Source: a virus (Duplodnaviria > Caudoviricetes). Taken from it: a stretch of 64,000 nt of DNA. Location: IMG/VR virus record IMGVR_UViG_3300013902_000015, positions 661 to 64,660 of that record, one strand, 5' to 3'. The position numbers and the translations under genes are program-made. Shown in pieces: positions 21,675 through 33,100 of this stretch. The notes beneath the pieces are model-generated. The model did no database searches. It worked only from the letters and a program-made list of their open reading frames with translations, and was not told where the DNA came from. Positions within the stretch are counted from its first letter, which is position 1, and every line of letters starts with the position of its first letter.

Positions 21675-23627
21675 ATGGCAACAAAGAAACTACATAGAAT
21701 GAGCCGCGTAATGCCTCAGAAGAGCATGGACAGCGTGGAGACCGCCAAGCGCACAATGGGCGGCACCCGTGCGTTTGAGGTGCTGTGGCAAGCGCAGCAG
21801 TACTGGCTGGCGATGGAGACATTCCGCAGAGACCGCGAGCGAAACAAGAATTACACCTACGGTAGGCAGTGGGATGACTATGTATGCGTGAACGGCAAGA
21901 TGATGAAAGAAGAGGAACTCATCAAGAAACAAGGCAACGTGCCGCTGAAGAACAACCTCATCAGACGCATGGTGCAAGCCGTGTTGGGCGTGTACCGCAG
22001 CCAAGCCAAGGAGCCGACCTGCACGGCACGAGACCGGGACGAGCAGCGGTATGGTGAGACGATGAGCACCGTGCTCCAGTGCAACATGCAGCTGAACCGC
22101 ATGACCGAGATAAACGCGAGGTGCATGGAAGAATTCCTCATATCGGGATTTGTGGTGCAGAGGAAGTGGTACGGCTGGCGGAACAACAAACTGGACTGCT
22201 GGACGGACTATGTGCAACCCAACAATTTCTTCATAGACAACAATATGAGGGATTTTAGAGGTTGGGATTGCAGTTGCGTGGGCGAGATACACGACATCTC
22301 GTTTGAGGAGCTGTGCGGTCGTTTTGCCCACAACGCAGCCGACTACAACCGACTGGCGGAGATATATAAGTTTGCCAAGGACAAATCGTATCTGAGTGCG
22401 ATGTACGACAACTTCGGCTATCCATTGCAAGGCTACTACGACTTCCTTGTACCCTACGACCAGAGCCGATGCAGAGTAATTGAGGTGTGGAGAAAGGAAA
22501 GCAAGGCGAGAGTAAGATGCCATGACGTGAACAACGGAGACGTGTTCAAGGTAGATATGGAAGACTTCAAGGAACTTGTGCTTGACGAGAACGAGAAGCG
22601 TATGCAGCAAGCACGCGAGCTGGGCATGAGCGAGGAAGACGTGCCGCTTATCCGCTACGAGTGGTTCATGGACTCGTACTGGTACTACTACATGCTCACA
22701 CCATTCGGTGACATATTGGAGGAGGGCGAGACCCCCTACGAGCACAAGAGTCACCCCTATGTGTTCAAGGCATACCCATTCATAGACGGAGAGATACACT
22801 CATTCGTGAGCAACGTGATAGACCAGCAGCGATACACCAACCGCTTGATAACGATGTATGACTGGATTATGCGAGCCTCAGCCAAAGGCGTGCTGCTGTT
22901 CCCGGAAGAATGTCTGCCCAAGGGCATGTCAATGGAAGATGTTGCGGACGAATGGGCAAGGTTTAACGGCATCATCATGATAAAGCAACCCAAGACAGGA
23001 CAGGCACTGCCACAGCAGATAGCCAACAACTGCACACAGATAGGCATATCGGAATTGCTGAACATGCAGTTGAAGTTCTTCGAGGACATATCGGGCGTGA
23101 ACGGAGCGTTGCAGGGCAAGCCCGGCTATTCGGGGATGTCCGCCAGCCTGTACAACCAACAGGCGCAGAACGCCACCACCTCGCTCTTGGACTTGCTCGA
23201 CACGTTCTCGGCATTCATCAGAGACGGAGCATACAAGGACGTGAAGAACATACAGCAATACTACGACACCCCGAGAGTGTTCAACATTGCCGGGAAGAAC
23301 TCCACCATTGTGGAATACGACCCGAAGAAGATACGCGATGTGGAGTTTGACCTAAGCATTGTGGAGAGTACCGCCACGCCAGCCTACCGCGCCATGACCA
23401 ACGATATGCTCATGCAGCTGTGGGAGAACAAAGCCATCAGCGTGGAGCAACTGTTGGAACACGGAGACTTCCCATTTGCTGACGAACTGCTGCAAAGCAT
23501 CAAGTCGCAGAGGGAGCAGCTACAACAAGGGCAAGTGCCTGACGGAATGTCGCCGGAACTTGCCCAGCAGGTTCAGCAAGGCGCAAATATGGAAGCCGTG
23601 AACCAAGCACAGCAGATGCTGCAATAA
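21675..23627 (+). CDS. Portal protein (putative, P22-like)
   Basis: ~650-aa ORF convergent with TerL. Size, helical character and Q-rich C-terminus fit podovirus-type portals. Start adjusted to MATKK. Confidence 0.7.
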   Translation: MATKKLHRMSRVMPQKSMDSVETAKRTMGGTRAFEVLWQAQQYWLAMETFRRDRERNKNYTYGRQWDDYVCVNGKMMKEEELIKKQGNVPLKNNLIRRMVQAVLGVYRSQAKEPTCTARDRDEQRYGETMSTVLQCNMQLNRMTEINARCMEEFLISGFVVQRKWYGWRNNKLDCWTDYVQPNNFFIDNNMRDFRGWDCSCVGEIHDISFEELCGRFAHNAADYNRLAEIYKFAKDKSYLSAMYDNFGYPLQGYYDFLVPYDQSRCRVIEVWRKESKARVRCHDVNNGDVFKVDMEDFKELVLDENEKRMQQARELGMSEEDVPLIRYEWFMDSYWYYYMLTPFGDILEEGETPYEHKSHPYVFKAYPFIDGEIHSFVSNVIDQQRYTNRLITMYDWIMRASAKGVLLFPEECLPKGMSMEDVADEWARFNGIIMIKQPKTGQALPQQIANNCTQIGISELLNMQLKFFEDISGVNGALQGKPGYSGMSASLYNQQAQNATTSLLDLLDTFSAFIRDGAYKDVKNIQQYYDTPRVFNIAGKNSTIVEYDPKKIRDVEFDLSIVESTATPAYRAMTNDMLMQLWENKAISVEQLLEHGDFPFADELLQSIKSQREQLQQGQVPDGMSPELAQQVQQGANMEAVNQAQQMLQ

Positions 23628-23631
23628 AGAA

Positions 23632-23686
23632 AAAGCCTCACTAAACCTCCTTAGGCAGATAAGCCAAGGGGACATAGTGAGGCTTT
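23632..23686. terminator. Bidirectional terminator-like hairpin between convergent portal and terL
   Basis: Perfect 12-bp stem AAAGCCTCACTA / TAGTGAGGCTTT with an inner stem. Confidence 0.7.
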
Positions 23687-23693
23687 ATTGTTT

Positions 23694-25823
23694 TTAGATT
23701 GAAGCCTCGGAGACGGGGCTTCTGTCTTTTCGGAGTGTACGATTGGTGATGGAAACAAATTCGGGCATCTCCATTTCACGGTAGCAGATGTGCAGACCGA
23801 TGGCACGCGTCATGAGCAAGTCGTCATGTTTTCCCACGATAGCCCCATAAGCACCGTTCTTCTTACGTTCATAGGTGTCGTACTCATCAAGACACCGCTT
23901 GTCTCGCTCAATATAGAGGCGGTCGCGGATAACCTTTACCAAGGTAGAGATAATCATCGGCTTGGTCGCCACATTGGTATGGAAGCCATACTTGCGCGGT
24001 GCGCCCTCGCGTATCTCGTCCTCCGACTGCTTGCGCGCGTAGAGGTTGGGATAGATGTCGGAAATCTGGTTGAGGATATACTGCGACTGGTCGCCACCCT
24101 CCACCTGCCGTTCCTTGTCGTGCGTCTCCAAAGTGTTGCTCTCGATGACCAAAAGCGACTCGTTGTAGTAAGCCGCAATCTGCGCAGCACGCCATGCCAG
24201 ACGGTCAATGTCGCAATGTCCGTACCACTGCGCCACAACAGACGGAGGCTCACTGCCGTCAATCATGCTCAGACGGTCGAACACCACGATGACCGACCAG
24301 TCGGCCTTGTTGGAGCGTCCGCCCACATCAACCACTGTAAGGTAGCGGTCGGTGACCTCGTAACCGTCAAACGTCTCGGGCTTCGCCCAAATGGAAAGCA
24401 GCCCTTGGCGGTCTTCACGGAAGCGGAGGTTGGAAAGAGCCTCCTCGCCCTCGTCGGCATCGGCATAGATCTCACCGATGAACTTAGGCTTGCAGCAGAA
24501 CTTCTCAAAACGCTTGACCAGATACTTGTCGAACACCATCGTACCCGAGTGGACAAACGCCTCCACATCGTCAGAGGGAAACTCAGAGGCCATCACCGCG
24601 AAGTCATTCTTTCCTGCACGCTCATACACATACCAGTGGATAGCCTCCAGTGAAGCCCCCTTTTCCCACAATGACCACAGATAACGCCCCGGTTCCTCAC
24701 GGTTGGACGGAGTGTAGGCATTGCCTCGGTTCTCCCAAAGTTTCTTGGCAAAGGCACGCAGTTCTTCGGCCGACTTGAACGGCAGGGAGTAATGCTCAAT
24801 CTGAAACCACGCGATAAAGAGAGCCTCAAACTGCGACTCCACCTCCGGGTCGGCAGCAGCTGTGTACTCACGGTGGAAGAAATTGCCAGTGCCGTTGGCC
24901 GTGCTTTCCATGACAATCATGGTGTAAGGGCGTGCGAGAATACCCGAACAAGCCGAGCGCACGATGTCCTCGGGCGACTTGCCGTCCGTCTTTTGCCACA
25001 GACCCACCTCGGAAAGATGCACCAGCGAGTAAGCACCTCCACGGAAACCGTTAGGCCGCTCGGCAGTACCCACCTTAATCTTGCAGTTGCGCTGCGGCAC
25101 ACGGTGTGTAGAACCCGACTTGCCGACACCCACCAACTTTGGCTCGTTCTCGGAATAGGCATCACCCAGTTTGTGCAGGAACTCCACTGGATAGTTCTTA
25201 ATCATGTTGTCGAACATATCCTTGATTTCATCGGAAGCCGTACCTTGATGAGCGATGATGAGCGAGTTGAGACCTTTCTTGTGGAAGAACTGAAGCCAAG
25301 CCATATAGAGCTGCGTGGTGGTAGAGCCACCCCACTGACGCGCTTTGAGGAGAATAAGGCGTATTGGCAAGCCAGCCTTACGCTTCTCCTCAAAGCGCGA
25401 TACCAAGATGCGCTGCGGATACCACAGGCGGAAAAGCACGTCCTTGCCAGCGTCCTTGTTGTGGATATATACGAGTGTGGCCGTCCAGAAAGGAAAGTCG
25501 TGCTTGAAGCGCAAGCGTATGAGCGTGCGCGACACCTTGGTGTGGTCGGTAGGATTAGGCTCTACATGAAAAACCGAAGAAAGAAAATTGTCAATAGAGC
25601 CAGCCTCCACCAACTTCTTGACAAAAGGAATGTCCATCATCTCTATTGGCAACCACTGGACGGGAACGGCAAAGTCGGAGATGCAGACACGCACACGCTC
25701 ACCGATAGACCCCTCACCAGTGACAGGGTCGAACTTGGCGAACATTACCTCATTGCGTCTGTCATTCTCCGCAAGCAGCGCAGCAATCTCTGTATCTGTC
25801 GTATTGGTTGTCATACCATCCAT
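23694..25823 (-). CDS. terL: Terminase large subunit
   Basis: LKARQWGGST Walker A, HLSEVG Walker B, nuclease motifs VDVGGRS...ADWS and HDDLLMTRAIG. Confidence 0.9.
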   Translation of the reverse strand: MDGMTTNTTDTEIAALLAENDRRNEVMFAKFDPVTGEGSIGERVRVCISDFAVPVQWLPIEMMDIPFVKKLVEAGSIDNFLSSVFHVEPNPTDHTKVSRTLIRLRFKHDFPFWTATLVYIHNKDAGKDVLFRLWYPQRILVSRFEEKRKAGLPIRLILLKARQWGGSTTTQLYMAWLQFFHKKGLNSLIIAHQGTASDEIKDMFDNMIKNYPVEFLHKLGDAYSENEPKLVGVGKSGSTHRVPQRNCKIKVGTAERPNGFRGGAYSLVHLSEVGLWQKTDGKSPEDIVRSACSGILARPYTMIVMESTANGTGNFFHREYTAAADPEVESQFEALFIAWFQIEHYSLPFKSAEELRAFAKKLWENRGNAYTPSNREEPGRYLWSLWEKGASLEAIHWYVYERAGKNDFAVMASEFPSDDVEAFVHSGTMVFDKYLVKRFEKFCCKPKFIGEIYADADEGEEALSNLRFREDRQGLLSIWAKPETFDGYEVTDRYLTVVDVGGRSNKADWSVIVVFDRLSMIDGSEPPSVVAQWYGHCDIDRLAWRAAQIAAYYNESLLVIESNTLETHDKERQVEGGDQSQYILNQISDIYPNLYARKQSEDEIREGAPRKYGFHTNVATKPMIISTLVKVIRDRLYIERDKRCLDEYDTYERKKNGAYGAIVGKHDDLLMTRAIGLHICYREMEMPEFVSITNRTLRKDRSPVSEASI

Positions 25824-26217
25824 TCTTTATGCGGTAAATAAATTCCCCGACCGTGCGAGGTGTGAGATAGAACTTTGGCGCAGGCTGATTGACTATCTTG
25901 GTGACCAGTTCATAGACCGACTTGTCGGGATAGTCCTCACGCATGACGAGATACCTACGGTAAATCTCACCAAACATCTCACGCTTGTTGCTCCTCATTC
26001 GCGGCATGGGCTTTCCAGCCGCCATTGCGGAAATGACAATAGCCGCCCTCTCCTCGCTCACCCAGAACCGGGAAGCAGGAGACTGAGCCACCAACTCAAA
26101 AATAACAGGCATAACGATGATACTCGCCTCGGCAAGCCGCTCACGGTATGCCCTCATAAGGTCGGCATTTCGCTCCCTCGTAAACTCCAATATGCTACCA
26201 AAATACTTCATTCTCAA
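25762..26217 (-). CDS. Hypothetical protein upstream of terL
   Basis: 151-aa ORF overlapping the terL start. Minus-strand TAACTTTG at 26235-26242. Confidence 0.6.
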   Translation of the reverse strand: MRMKYFGSILEFTRERNADLMRAYRERLAEASIIVMPVIFELVAQSPASRFWVSEERAAIVISAMAAGKPMPRMRSNKREMFGEIYRRYLVMREDYPDKSVYELVTKIVNQPAPKFYLTPRTVGEFIYRIKNGWYDNQYDRYRDCCAACGE

Positions 26218-26335
26218 ATCCTTTCAGTCCTATACAAAGTTACCAATACCAACTCACAAAAGATAAAAGTAAGTCCACATCTTATATGGTTATTTTTGCA
26301 TACGAAAATGGCATATCCTAATTAAAATCAAGATA

Positions 26336-27073
26336 ATGGCTGAAAACAACGGAGTTAAGAGCAGACGCGACCAGCAGCTGGAGCGACTGAGAAAGAAATA
26401 TCCCGACAAGAAATTCGAGGATGACGAGGAAATCTACGGTCAGATTTCCGATGATTACGACCAATACGAGCACGACTTGGACGGCTACAAGGGCAGGGAG
26501 AAAGCCATGTCCGACATGTTTGCCGCAGACCCGAGGAGCGCACAGTTCCTTGCCGACATGCACAACGGCCAAGACCCCGTGCTTGGACTTGTAAAAAACT
26601 TCGGCATAGAAATCAAGGACGTACTTGACAATCCCGAGATGCAGGACAAGATAGCCGAGGCCAACAAGGAGTATGTGGAGCGCGTGGCCAAGTCGAAACA
26701 GCTTGACGAGGAATACGAGCAGAACATGGACGCGAGCCTTGAGACCCTGCGGCAGTTCCAAGAAGAGCGCGGCATGACGGACGAGCAGATAGATGCCGTT
26801 GCCGATGCCATGCTCACCGTGGTTCGTGACGGCGTGATGGGCAAGTTCTCGCGTGAGACCTTGGAAATGTTCGTCAATGCCATCAACCACGACACCGATG
26901 TTGCCAATGCTGGTGAGGAGGGACGTGTGGCAGGACGCAACGACAAGATTGTGGAGGGACTGCGCAAGCGCGACAAGGGAGACGGCACGGCACCTCTGAA
27001 CGGCAAGAACGGCAGTTCGGCAGGGCAGCACAACTCACAGAGCATCTTCGATGTAGCCAACGAAGCCATGTAG
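26336..27073 (+). CDS. Putative capsid scaffolding protein
   Basis: Acidic, helical 245-aa protein immediately upstream of the capsid gene. TATTTTTG at 26291-26298. Confidence 0.55.
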   Translation: MAENNGVKSRRDQQLERLRKKYPDKKFEDDEEIYGQISDDYDQYEHDLDGYKGREKAMSDMFAADPRSAQFLADMHNGQDPVLGLVKNFGIEIKDVLDNPEMQDKIAEANKEYVERVAKSKQLDEEYEQNMDASLETLRQFQEERGMTDEQIDAVADAMLTVVRDGVMGKFSRETLEMFVNAINHDTDVANAGEEGRVAGRNDKIVEGLRKRDKGDGTAPLNGKNGSSAGQHNSQSIFDVANEAM

Positions 27074-27077
27074 CCCG

Positions 27078-27248
27078 ATGAAAGGAGAAGTGGTGAAGTT
27101 TCCCCCGGAGGGAAAACGGCTGCGTCCCACCAAGGGCAGCGCAGGACTACGCACCCAAGTGCCGGGCGCAATGGCATCAGTAAGCAATCTCGCGAGTGCG
27201 ACAGGCGGTATAGCCCCCCGCAATCTCGTACAGACCGATAACAAGTAA
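27078..27248 (+). CDS. 56-aa small protein paralogous to the capsid N-terminal arm (not in ORF track)
   Basis: Hand translation MKGEVVKFPPEGKRLRPTKGSAGLRTQVPGAMASVSNLASATGGIAPRNLVQTDNK aligns to capsid GTAGVESQVPGAPTTVSGVAGATGGVGPGNLIQTD. Confidence 0.65.
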   Translation: MKGEVVKFPPEGKRLRPTKGSAGLRTQVPGAMASVSNLASATGGIAPRNLVQTDNK

Positions 27249-27276
27249 CATTATTCACAAACTAAAATTTCAAGAC

Positions 27277-28797
27277 ATGGACGGAGAAAACGTACCAGTA
27301 GGTGGAACAACCACCACGAAACCAGCACCGGGAACAGCCGGTGTGGAAAGCCAAGTGCCGGGCGCACCCACCACCGTCAGCGGAGTGGCAGGAGCGACAG
27401 GCGGCGTAGGTCCGGGCAATCTCATTCAGACAGACCTCGACCAGGAACTCTACAAGTTCAAGAGTGACGACACACCGCTTATGCAGCTGATGCTCAAAGC
27501 GAAGAAAGTGAAGGTAAGCTCGCCCGAGGTGGAGCACTACATGATAGACGAGCCACGCTCCAGCGTGACCTCCACCACCAAGGTGACCGCAGGAACAGCC
27601 AAGCAGTTTGTGCTTCCGCTGCTCGCCAACGATGCCGAGATACCACGTCCCTACGGCACACTGCTCGCCAAGGGTGTGGACGGCTACGCCGATGACGGCA
27701 AGACCAAGACACCGGGCAAAGACCTCCTGCTGTTCGTGACAGGCCAAGACCCCACCACGAACAATCCTATCGTGAGAGCCGTGAACGGTCCGAAGACCAA
27801 CAGCACGGACGAGAGCTGCACCACGCCCGAAATCCCTGCCGGGACAACGCTCATCATTCTCAGCAACGCCCTCTACGAGACGCAGAAGAAAGTTGACCCC
27901 GACCTCATCGTGCCACAGGGTACGACCGTGTATCTTCAGAAGCGCGGCATGAACCAGATTGTATCTGACTACTACGATGCGCAGAAGAAGAAAATCCCAT
28001 TCGGCAAGGCCGTGATTGCAGAAGCCGCCATCACCAATTTCAAGGTACGCGGCAACCGCACCCTCTACGCAGGACGCAAGGGCAAGATGACCGTGCAGAC
28101 CCCCGAGGTGGGCGCACAGACCATCTACTTCACCGAGGGCGTGCGCTACCAAGTGAAGAAAGAACTCAACCACACAGGCAAGTGGACGATTGAGGAAATC
28201 ATCGCCTTGGCAAAGATGACCTTTACAGGCGAGGACGTGCCCAAGAGCGTGATAGCCCTTGCAGGCAAGAACTTCTTGGAGAACATCCAGTGCATCGACT
28301 ACTCGAAGCACCCGGAAATCCAGATTACCACCAAGACCAACCCTGTGGGCTGGGTAGTGACCAACTTCCACACCGTTTTCGGAGACATCGAGTTCAAGCA
28401 CGACCCGACCCTTGACCGCTTGAAGTGGAGCAACTCAGCATTCATCGTTGCGCCTGACCGACTGGTACACTACCAGTACTCGGCAGAGCACTCGAGCAAA
28501 GACAGAGTGGAGGGCGAAGAGGCAACACGCGAGGCAATCCTCGTGTGGGACGCACTCGCACTCAAAGGCTCGTGCCATATCTGGATTAACGGTGAGGGCG
28601 ACAGCGAGAACAGCAGCGCAACGCAAATCCACTTGTGGGACAGCGCGGAAGCACCCGAGAGTCCTGTTGAGGGCGGTGTGTACTACCTGCTGCAGGACTG
28701 CCCCGGCATCAATGCAGACGCAGTGAGCGGCCAGATGTGGCAGTACAAGAGTGCCGCATGGGTAGAGTATGCAGGTGACGTGATGGCCAGCGAGTAA
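27277..28797 (+). CDS. Major capsid protein (putative)
   Basis: 506-aa ORF after the scaffold-like gene and followed by a terminator hairpin. Composition fits HK97-fold capsids of Bacteroidales phages. Confidence 0.7.
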   Translation: MDGENVPVGGTTTTKPAPGTAGVESQVPGAPTTVSGVAGATGGVGPGNLIQTDLDQELYKFKSDDTPLMQLMLKAKKVKVSSPEVEHYMIDEPRSSVTSTTKVTAGTAKQFVLPLLANDAEIPRPYGTLLAKGVDGYADDGKTKTPGKDLLLFVTGQDPTTNNPIVRAVNGPKTNSTDESCTTPEIPAGTTLIILSNALYETQKKVDPDLIVPQGTTVYLQKRGMNQIVSDYYDAQKKKIPFGKAVIAEAAITNFKVRGNRTLYAGRKGKMTVQTPEVGAQTIYFTEGVRYQVKKELNHTGKWTIEEIIALAKMTFTGEDVPKSVIALAGKNFLENIQCIDYSKHPEIQITTKTNPVGWVVTNFHTVFGDIEFKHDPTLDRLKWSNSAFIVAPDRLVHYQYSAEHSSKDRVEGEEATREAILVWDALALKGSCHIWINGEGDSENSSATQIHLWDSAEAPESPVEGGVYYLLQDCPGINADAVSGQMWQYKSAAWVEYAGDVMASE

Positions 28798-28833
28798 CCC
28801 ATTTTTTAGAATAACCCAATCATCAACCAATAG

Positions 28834-28862
28834 AGGCGGATAGGTAGCAATGCCGTCCGCCT
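28834..28862 (+). terminator. Hairpin after capsid gene
   Basis: AGGCGGAT-a-GGTA-GCAA-TGCC-GTCCGCCT followed by TTATTATT. Confidence 0.55.
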
Positions 28863-28888
28863 TTATTATTATAAATCAGACAAAGACA

Positions 28889-29524
28889 ATGAAAAAGAAG
28901 AGAATTACCTACGGAGTGATAGGCATGATGGAATACCAAGCCATCATCAAGATAGGCAGAGCCACCCTCAAAGTGATGTTCACGGACGGCTCAATCACCG
29001 CATTGGGACAGAACCCTGCTCAGTACACTACGGCAGACTTCCTTGTGCAGCACGCCATTGAGAACAGCAGCGACTTCAAGCGAGGACGCATTACGGTGGT
29101 GAACACCATCGAACTTGACGAGGAAGTGCATATTGAGCGCAACCCAGTAAAGGCAAGCGTACAGCAAGCACCAGTTGCAGCCAACAAGGCAGCGGTAGAA
29201 CAGAAGCCAGCCGAAGCCACCACAACGCCATCCAATGATAATGACGAAGACGACAAGGGAACAGCAGACGAGCCGACCGAGGAAGTCTGTGCAAGAGAAG
29301 CGGGGCAAGCTGAAGATGAAGCACTAAGCGACAATGAGCCAGAAGCCACGCCCGAAGAAACCGAGACTTCAGACGGCAAGACCGAGGTAGAGTTCTGCAC
29401 CAACCAAGAAGCAAAGGATTATCTTGCCAACACCTTTGGCGTGAAGACCCCTCCAAAGACGAGAGCGGAAATCATAGCCGTTGGCGAGACCTACGGAGTG
29501 AAGATAACCTTTGCCAACAACTAA
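28889..29524 (+). CDS. Hypothetical protein (acidic low-complexity linker)
   Basis: ORF from MKKKRITY, in the structural operon. Confidence 0.6.
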   Translation: MKKKRITYGVIGMMEYQAIIKIGRATLKVMFTDGSITALGQNPAQYTTADFLVQHAIENSSDFKRGRITVVNTIELDEEVHIERNPVKASVQQAPVAANKAAVEQKPAEATTTPSNDNDEDDKGTADEPTEEVCAREAGQAEDEALSDNEPEATPEETETSDGKTEVEFCTNQEAKDYLANTFGVKTPPKTRAEIIAVGETYGVKITFANN

Positions 29525-29539
29525 ACAACGTCAGACGAT

Positions 29540-30175
29540 ATGGTGTACAAGATAGAAACCGTCTCGCAAGATGTGCGTATCGCCATTGACGAGAACAAGA
29601 CGAGTGAGCAGCTCCTTGGCGATGAGGACATTGACACCTTATCGCTGAACGAGATAGTACGCTCGAAGATAGAGGAAGCCGTGCGCAGGGTGGAAACCAC
29701 CGCCCCCACCTTTCTGTTGGAAGAGGGACACACGTTTGGCGACAGCGTGTTTTGGGAAGAGAACGGCAGCGGCTGGACGCTGTTGCCCGATGACTTCATG
29801 CGGTTGATAGCATTCCGCATGAGCGACTGGGAGCGCACCTGCTACAATGCCATCTCGGTGGACGACCCATTGTATGACCTGCAATCGTCACGGTATAAGG
29901 GAGTGCGCGGCAACGTGCAGAAGCCCGTGTGTGCGGTGGTGAACCGAGCAGAGGGCAAGGCGTTGGAGTTCTACTCGTGTGACAGCGAGGAAGCCTATGT
30001 CAAACGAGCCACGTATCTCCCTTATCCCAAGATAGACGATGAAGACGGCATCGACATATCGGAGCGTTGCTACACAGCCGTGGTCTATACCACAGCATCA
30101 TTAGTATTAACCGCCTATGGCGCGAATGACCGTGCAGAGCAGTTGAACGCCTTGGCAAAATCAATATTGGAATAA
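29540..30175 (+). CDS. Hypothetical virion protein
   Basis: 211-aa ORF whose stop abuts the start of the DGR target gene. Confidence 0.55.
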   Translation: MVYKIETVSQDVRIAIDENKTSEQLLGDEDIDTLSLNEIVRSKIEEAVRRVETTAPTFLLEEGHTFGDSVFWEENGSGWTLLPDDFMRLIAFRMSDWERTCYNAISVDDPLYDLQSSRYKGVRGNVQKPVCAVVNRAEGKALEFYSCDSEEAYVKRATYLPYPKIDDEDGIDISERCYTAVVYTTASLVLTAYGANDRAEQLNALAKSILE

Positions 30176-33100
30176 TGAGTTCAATACCAACAAAACAGAT
30201 AGACGGAGATGTGGCCGTAGGCCGCAACGTCAGCATGGGCGGTTCGGGTACTGTGCGCGGCTCCATGACCGTAGGCCACAACCTGACCGTGGAGGGTTGG
30301 CTTGAAGCCAAGAACATCAAAGGCCCGAACAAGGGACTGTTCAAGACCGCAGCGCAACTGCGCGAAGCCTACCCCAATCCGCATGAGGGCTGGTGGGCAT
30401 TGGTTACCGTAGAGGGCAGTGCCTCGTCCGACCATTTGGGACAACTCTTTGTGGCAGACGGTGGCACATGGGTGGCGCAGGTGGACAGCAGCGGCAACCC
30501 ACTGCTGAAAGGCAACCCCACCGTGGACAGCACCGAGTATATGGAAGCCGTGGAGGAGATGACCGCCGACTTGGAAGCCGTCAAGGTGGACGTGAACCAG
30601 AACAAGGAGGACATCAAGAGCCTCCGCAGCACGCAGACCACCAACACGACCAGCATCAACAACCTCAACACACAGATGGCAACGGCACAGACCGACATTG
30701 CCAATCTGAAGAGTGGCGTGAACAGCGTGCAGAGCGACCTCAACGATTTCAAAAACACAAAGGGCGTTGCCAATGGCATTGCGCCACTGGACGATAACGG
30801 ACAGGTGTCCTCGCAGTATTTGCCCGGCTATGTGGACGATGTGCTGGAATTTGGCGGCATCATGGAAGTGACCGCGCAGCTCATGTCGCTGGCGAAGAAA
30901 TCGACCGATGAGGGATGCAGCATTATCTACAACAGCAAGACCAACACCTTTGTGATAGCCAACACCACAAGCACGGACGAAGGAGAAAAGACCGTCACCT
31001 ATTATAATAACTGGAGTGACGCAGATCTGTTCGGCATATCCGGGTTCAATGGCGTGACACCGCACAGCGGAAAGATATTCATGGACGTGACGACCAACAA
31101 GACCTACCGTTGGAGCGGCACGACCTTGGCCGTCATCGGTTCGGACTTGGCACTTGGCCACAAGAGCGGCACGGCATTCCCCGGAGACGAGGGAGCGGAC
31201 TTGCAGGAGCGCATGACCGAGGTGGAGAGTACGGCAGACATCAACCGCCAACTGATTGACGAGAACTCAGCGGAAACCTTGTACCGCAACACCATCAACG
31301 CTAACGACCTGCTGTCGCTTGGCAGCGGCAAGACCACGTTCTCCGTTGTGCTTGACAGCATCAGCAAACTTGCCAACTTTGCCCGATACAAGAAGCCCGG
31401 CATCGTGCTGACATTCATCACCGAGAACGGCATACAGAACAAGCAGTGGACGAACTGCGGCACACAGAGCACCGATGACTGGAAAAAGGAAAGCAACTGG
31501 ACTGACTTCGGAAGCAACGGCAGTGCCATCGGCAACACCGTGAATGTGAACGACATCTGCGAGGACACCGAATATACCCTTTCAACTGCCATCAAAGCCG
31601 TGCAGGACAAAGAGAAAGAGAGCGGTCTTTCCTATATGAAGAGCGGTGTCGTGCTGACCTACAAGACCGCAGAGACGGACGCGAACCAAGCCCCGAAGTG
31701 GGAAGCCTACCAGTTCACGCGAGCCGTGGGCGACATCAACCCCGCAGACTTGAAACCTTGGGTGGCATTCGGAGGAGGCGGCAACCAAGTGGAAACCACT
31801 GACACCGTAGAGAAAGACAGCGACAAGGCCGTAACCAGCGGAGGCGTGTACGAAGCGTTGCAGACACGCCCAGTGGCCAACTTCAATGACGAGAGCACAG
31901 CCGAGGACTATGTGTTCCAAGGTGTGAACGAGAAAGGCGAAAAGGTGGGCGACCCCATCAAGATACCCAGAAGCAACGGAGGCGGCACGCAGAGCGGAAG
32001 CACCCTCAACATCTACCCGGAGTCGCAAGCCGTGTGGGGCGCATTTGGCAGTAAGATAGTGTTGCGAGCAGCCATCAAGAGTGTAAGTTTTGACGGAGAT
32101 ACCGAGATACCCGGCACCATCAAGACCATCAGCATTATGGACGCACTCACCAAGATGGTACTTTGGAGCGAGGTAGTGAACACCTCTTCCTCTACCAGTG
32201 CAACTAACTACACGTTTGAGTTTGACTTCACCGACTTCATCACCTCGGCATCGAGCAAGGACTTCATCATCGGAGCAACGGACGCAGACGGCAACTCCAA
32301 GACACGCACCATTACCGTAACGGCAGTGGACGTGACCTGCACCTGCATACAGCCCCTGTTCTACTCATCTCCAACGGCATTGGAGGTAGGCGGAAAGGAG
32401 AAGAGCCTGCCGATGTACAAGTTTGAGAACAACGTCAGCACCAAGCAAGGCATACTCGTAACCACGGAGATGTACTACAAGGGCGAGTGGAAAACACTCG
32501 GCACAGCCACCGTCACCGACTCCTATTCGCACAACATCAGTATCAACCCCTGCAACGTGTTCGGAGGAGGCGAGCGTCTGGAACATGGAGCTTACCCCCT
32601 GCGCATAAAAGGCAGGGACGTGGCATCGGGTGTGGAGGGAAACACCATACACACAGCCGTAATGTGTATAGACGCAGCCAACCAGACACCAGTAGTGGCA
32701 TTGCGCTATGACGACAACAACAACGGCAAGGTACGCCTGTATGACAACCTCACGCTTGACATAGCCGCCTACACACCCGGCAAGACCACGACAGCCGTGG
32801 AGGTGTTGATGGACGGAATGGTGATAACCTCGGTGAACTGCCCCATCAGCCAAACATACAGCGTGAGCAAGCAGATACAAGGCTACGCTTCGGACGGCAC
32901 AAAGCACTTTGACATCTTCGCCCGAAGCGGAGAGGCGAAGAGCGAGACCATCACGCTTACCGTGGAGGGGTCAGCCATTGACGCAAGCGTCAAGGAGGGC
33001 GCACTCTTCGCCTTTGACTTCTCAACCCGAAGCAACAGCGAGACCGACCACACCATCAAGGACGGAGAATACGCCATGAGCGTGGAGGGCAGCAACTGGA

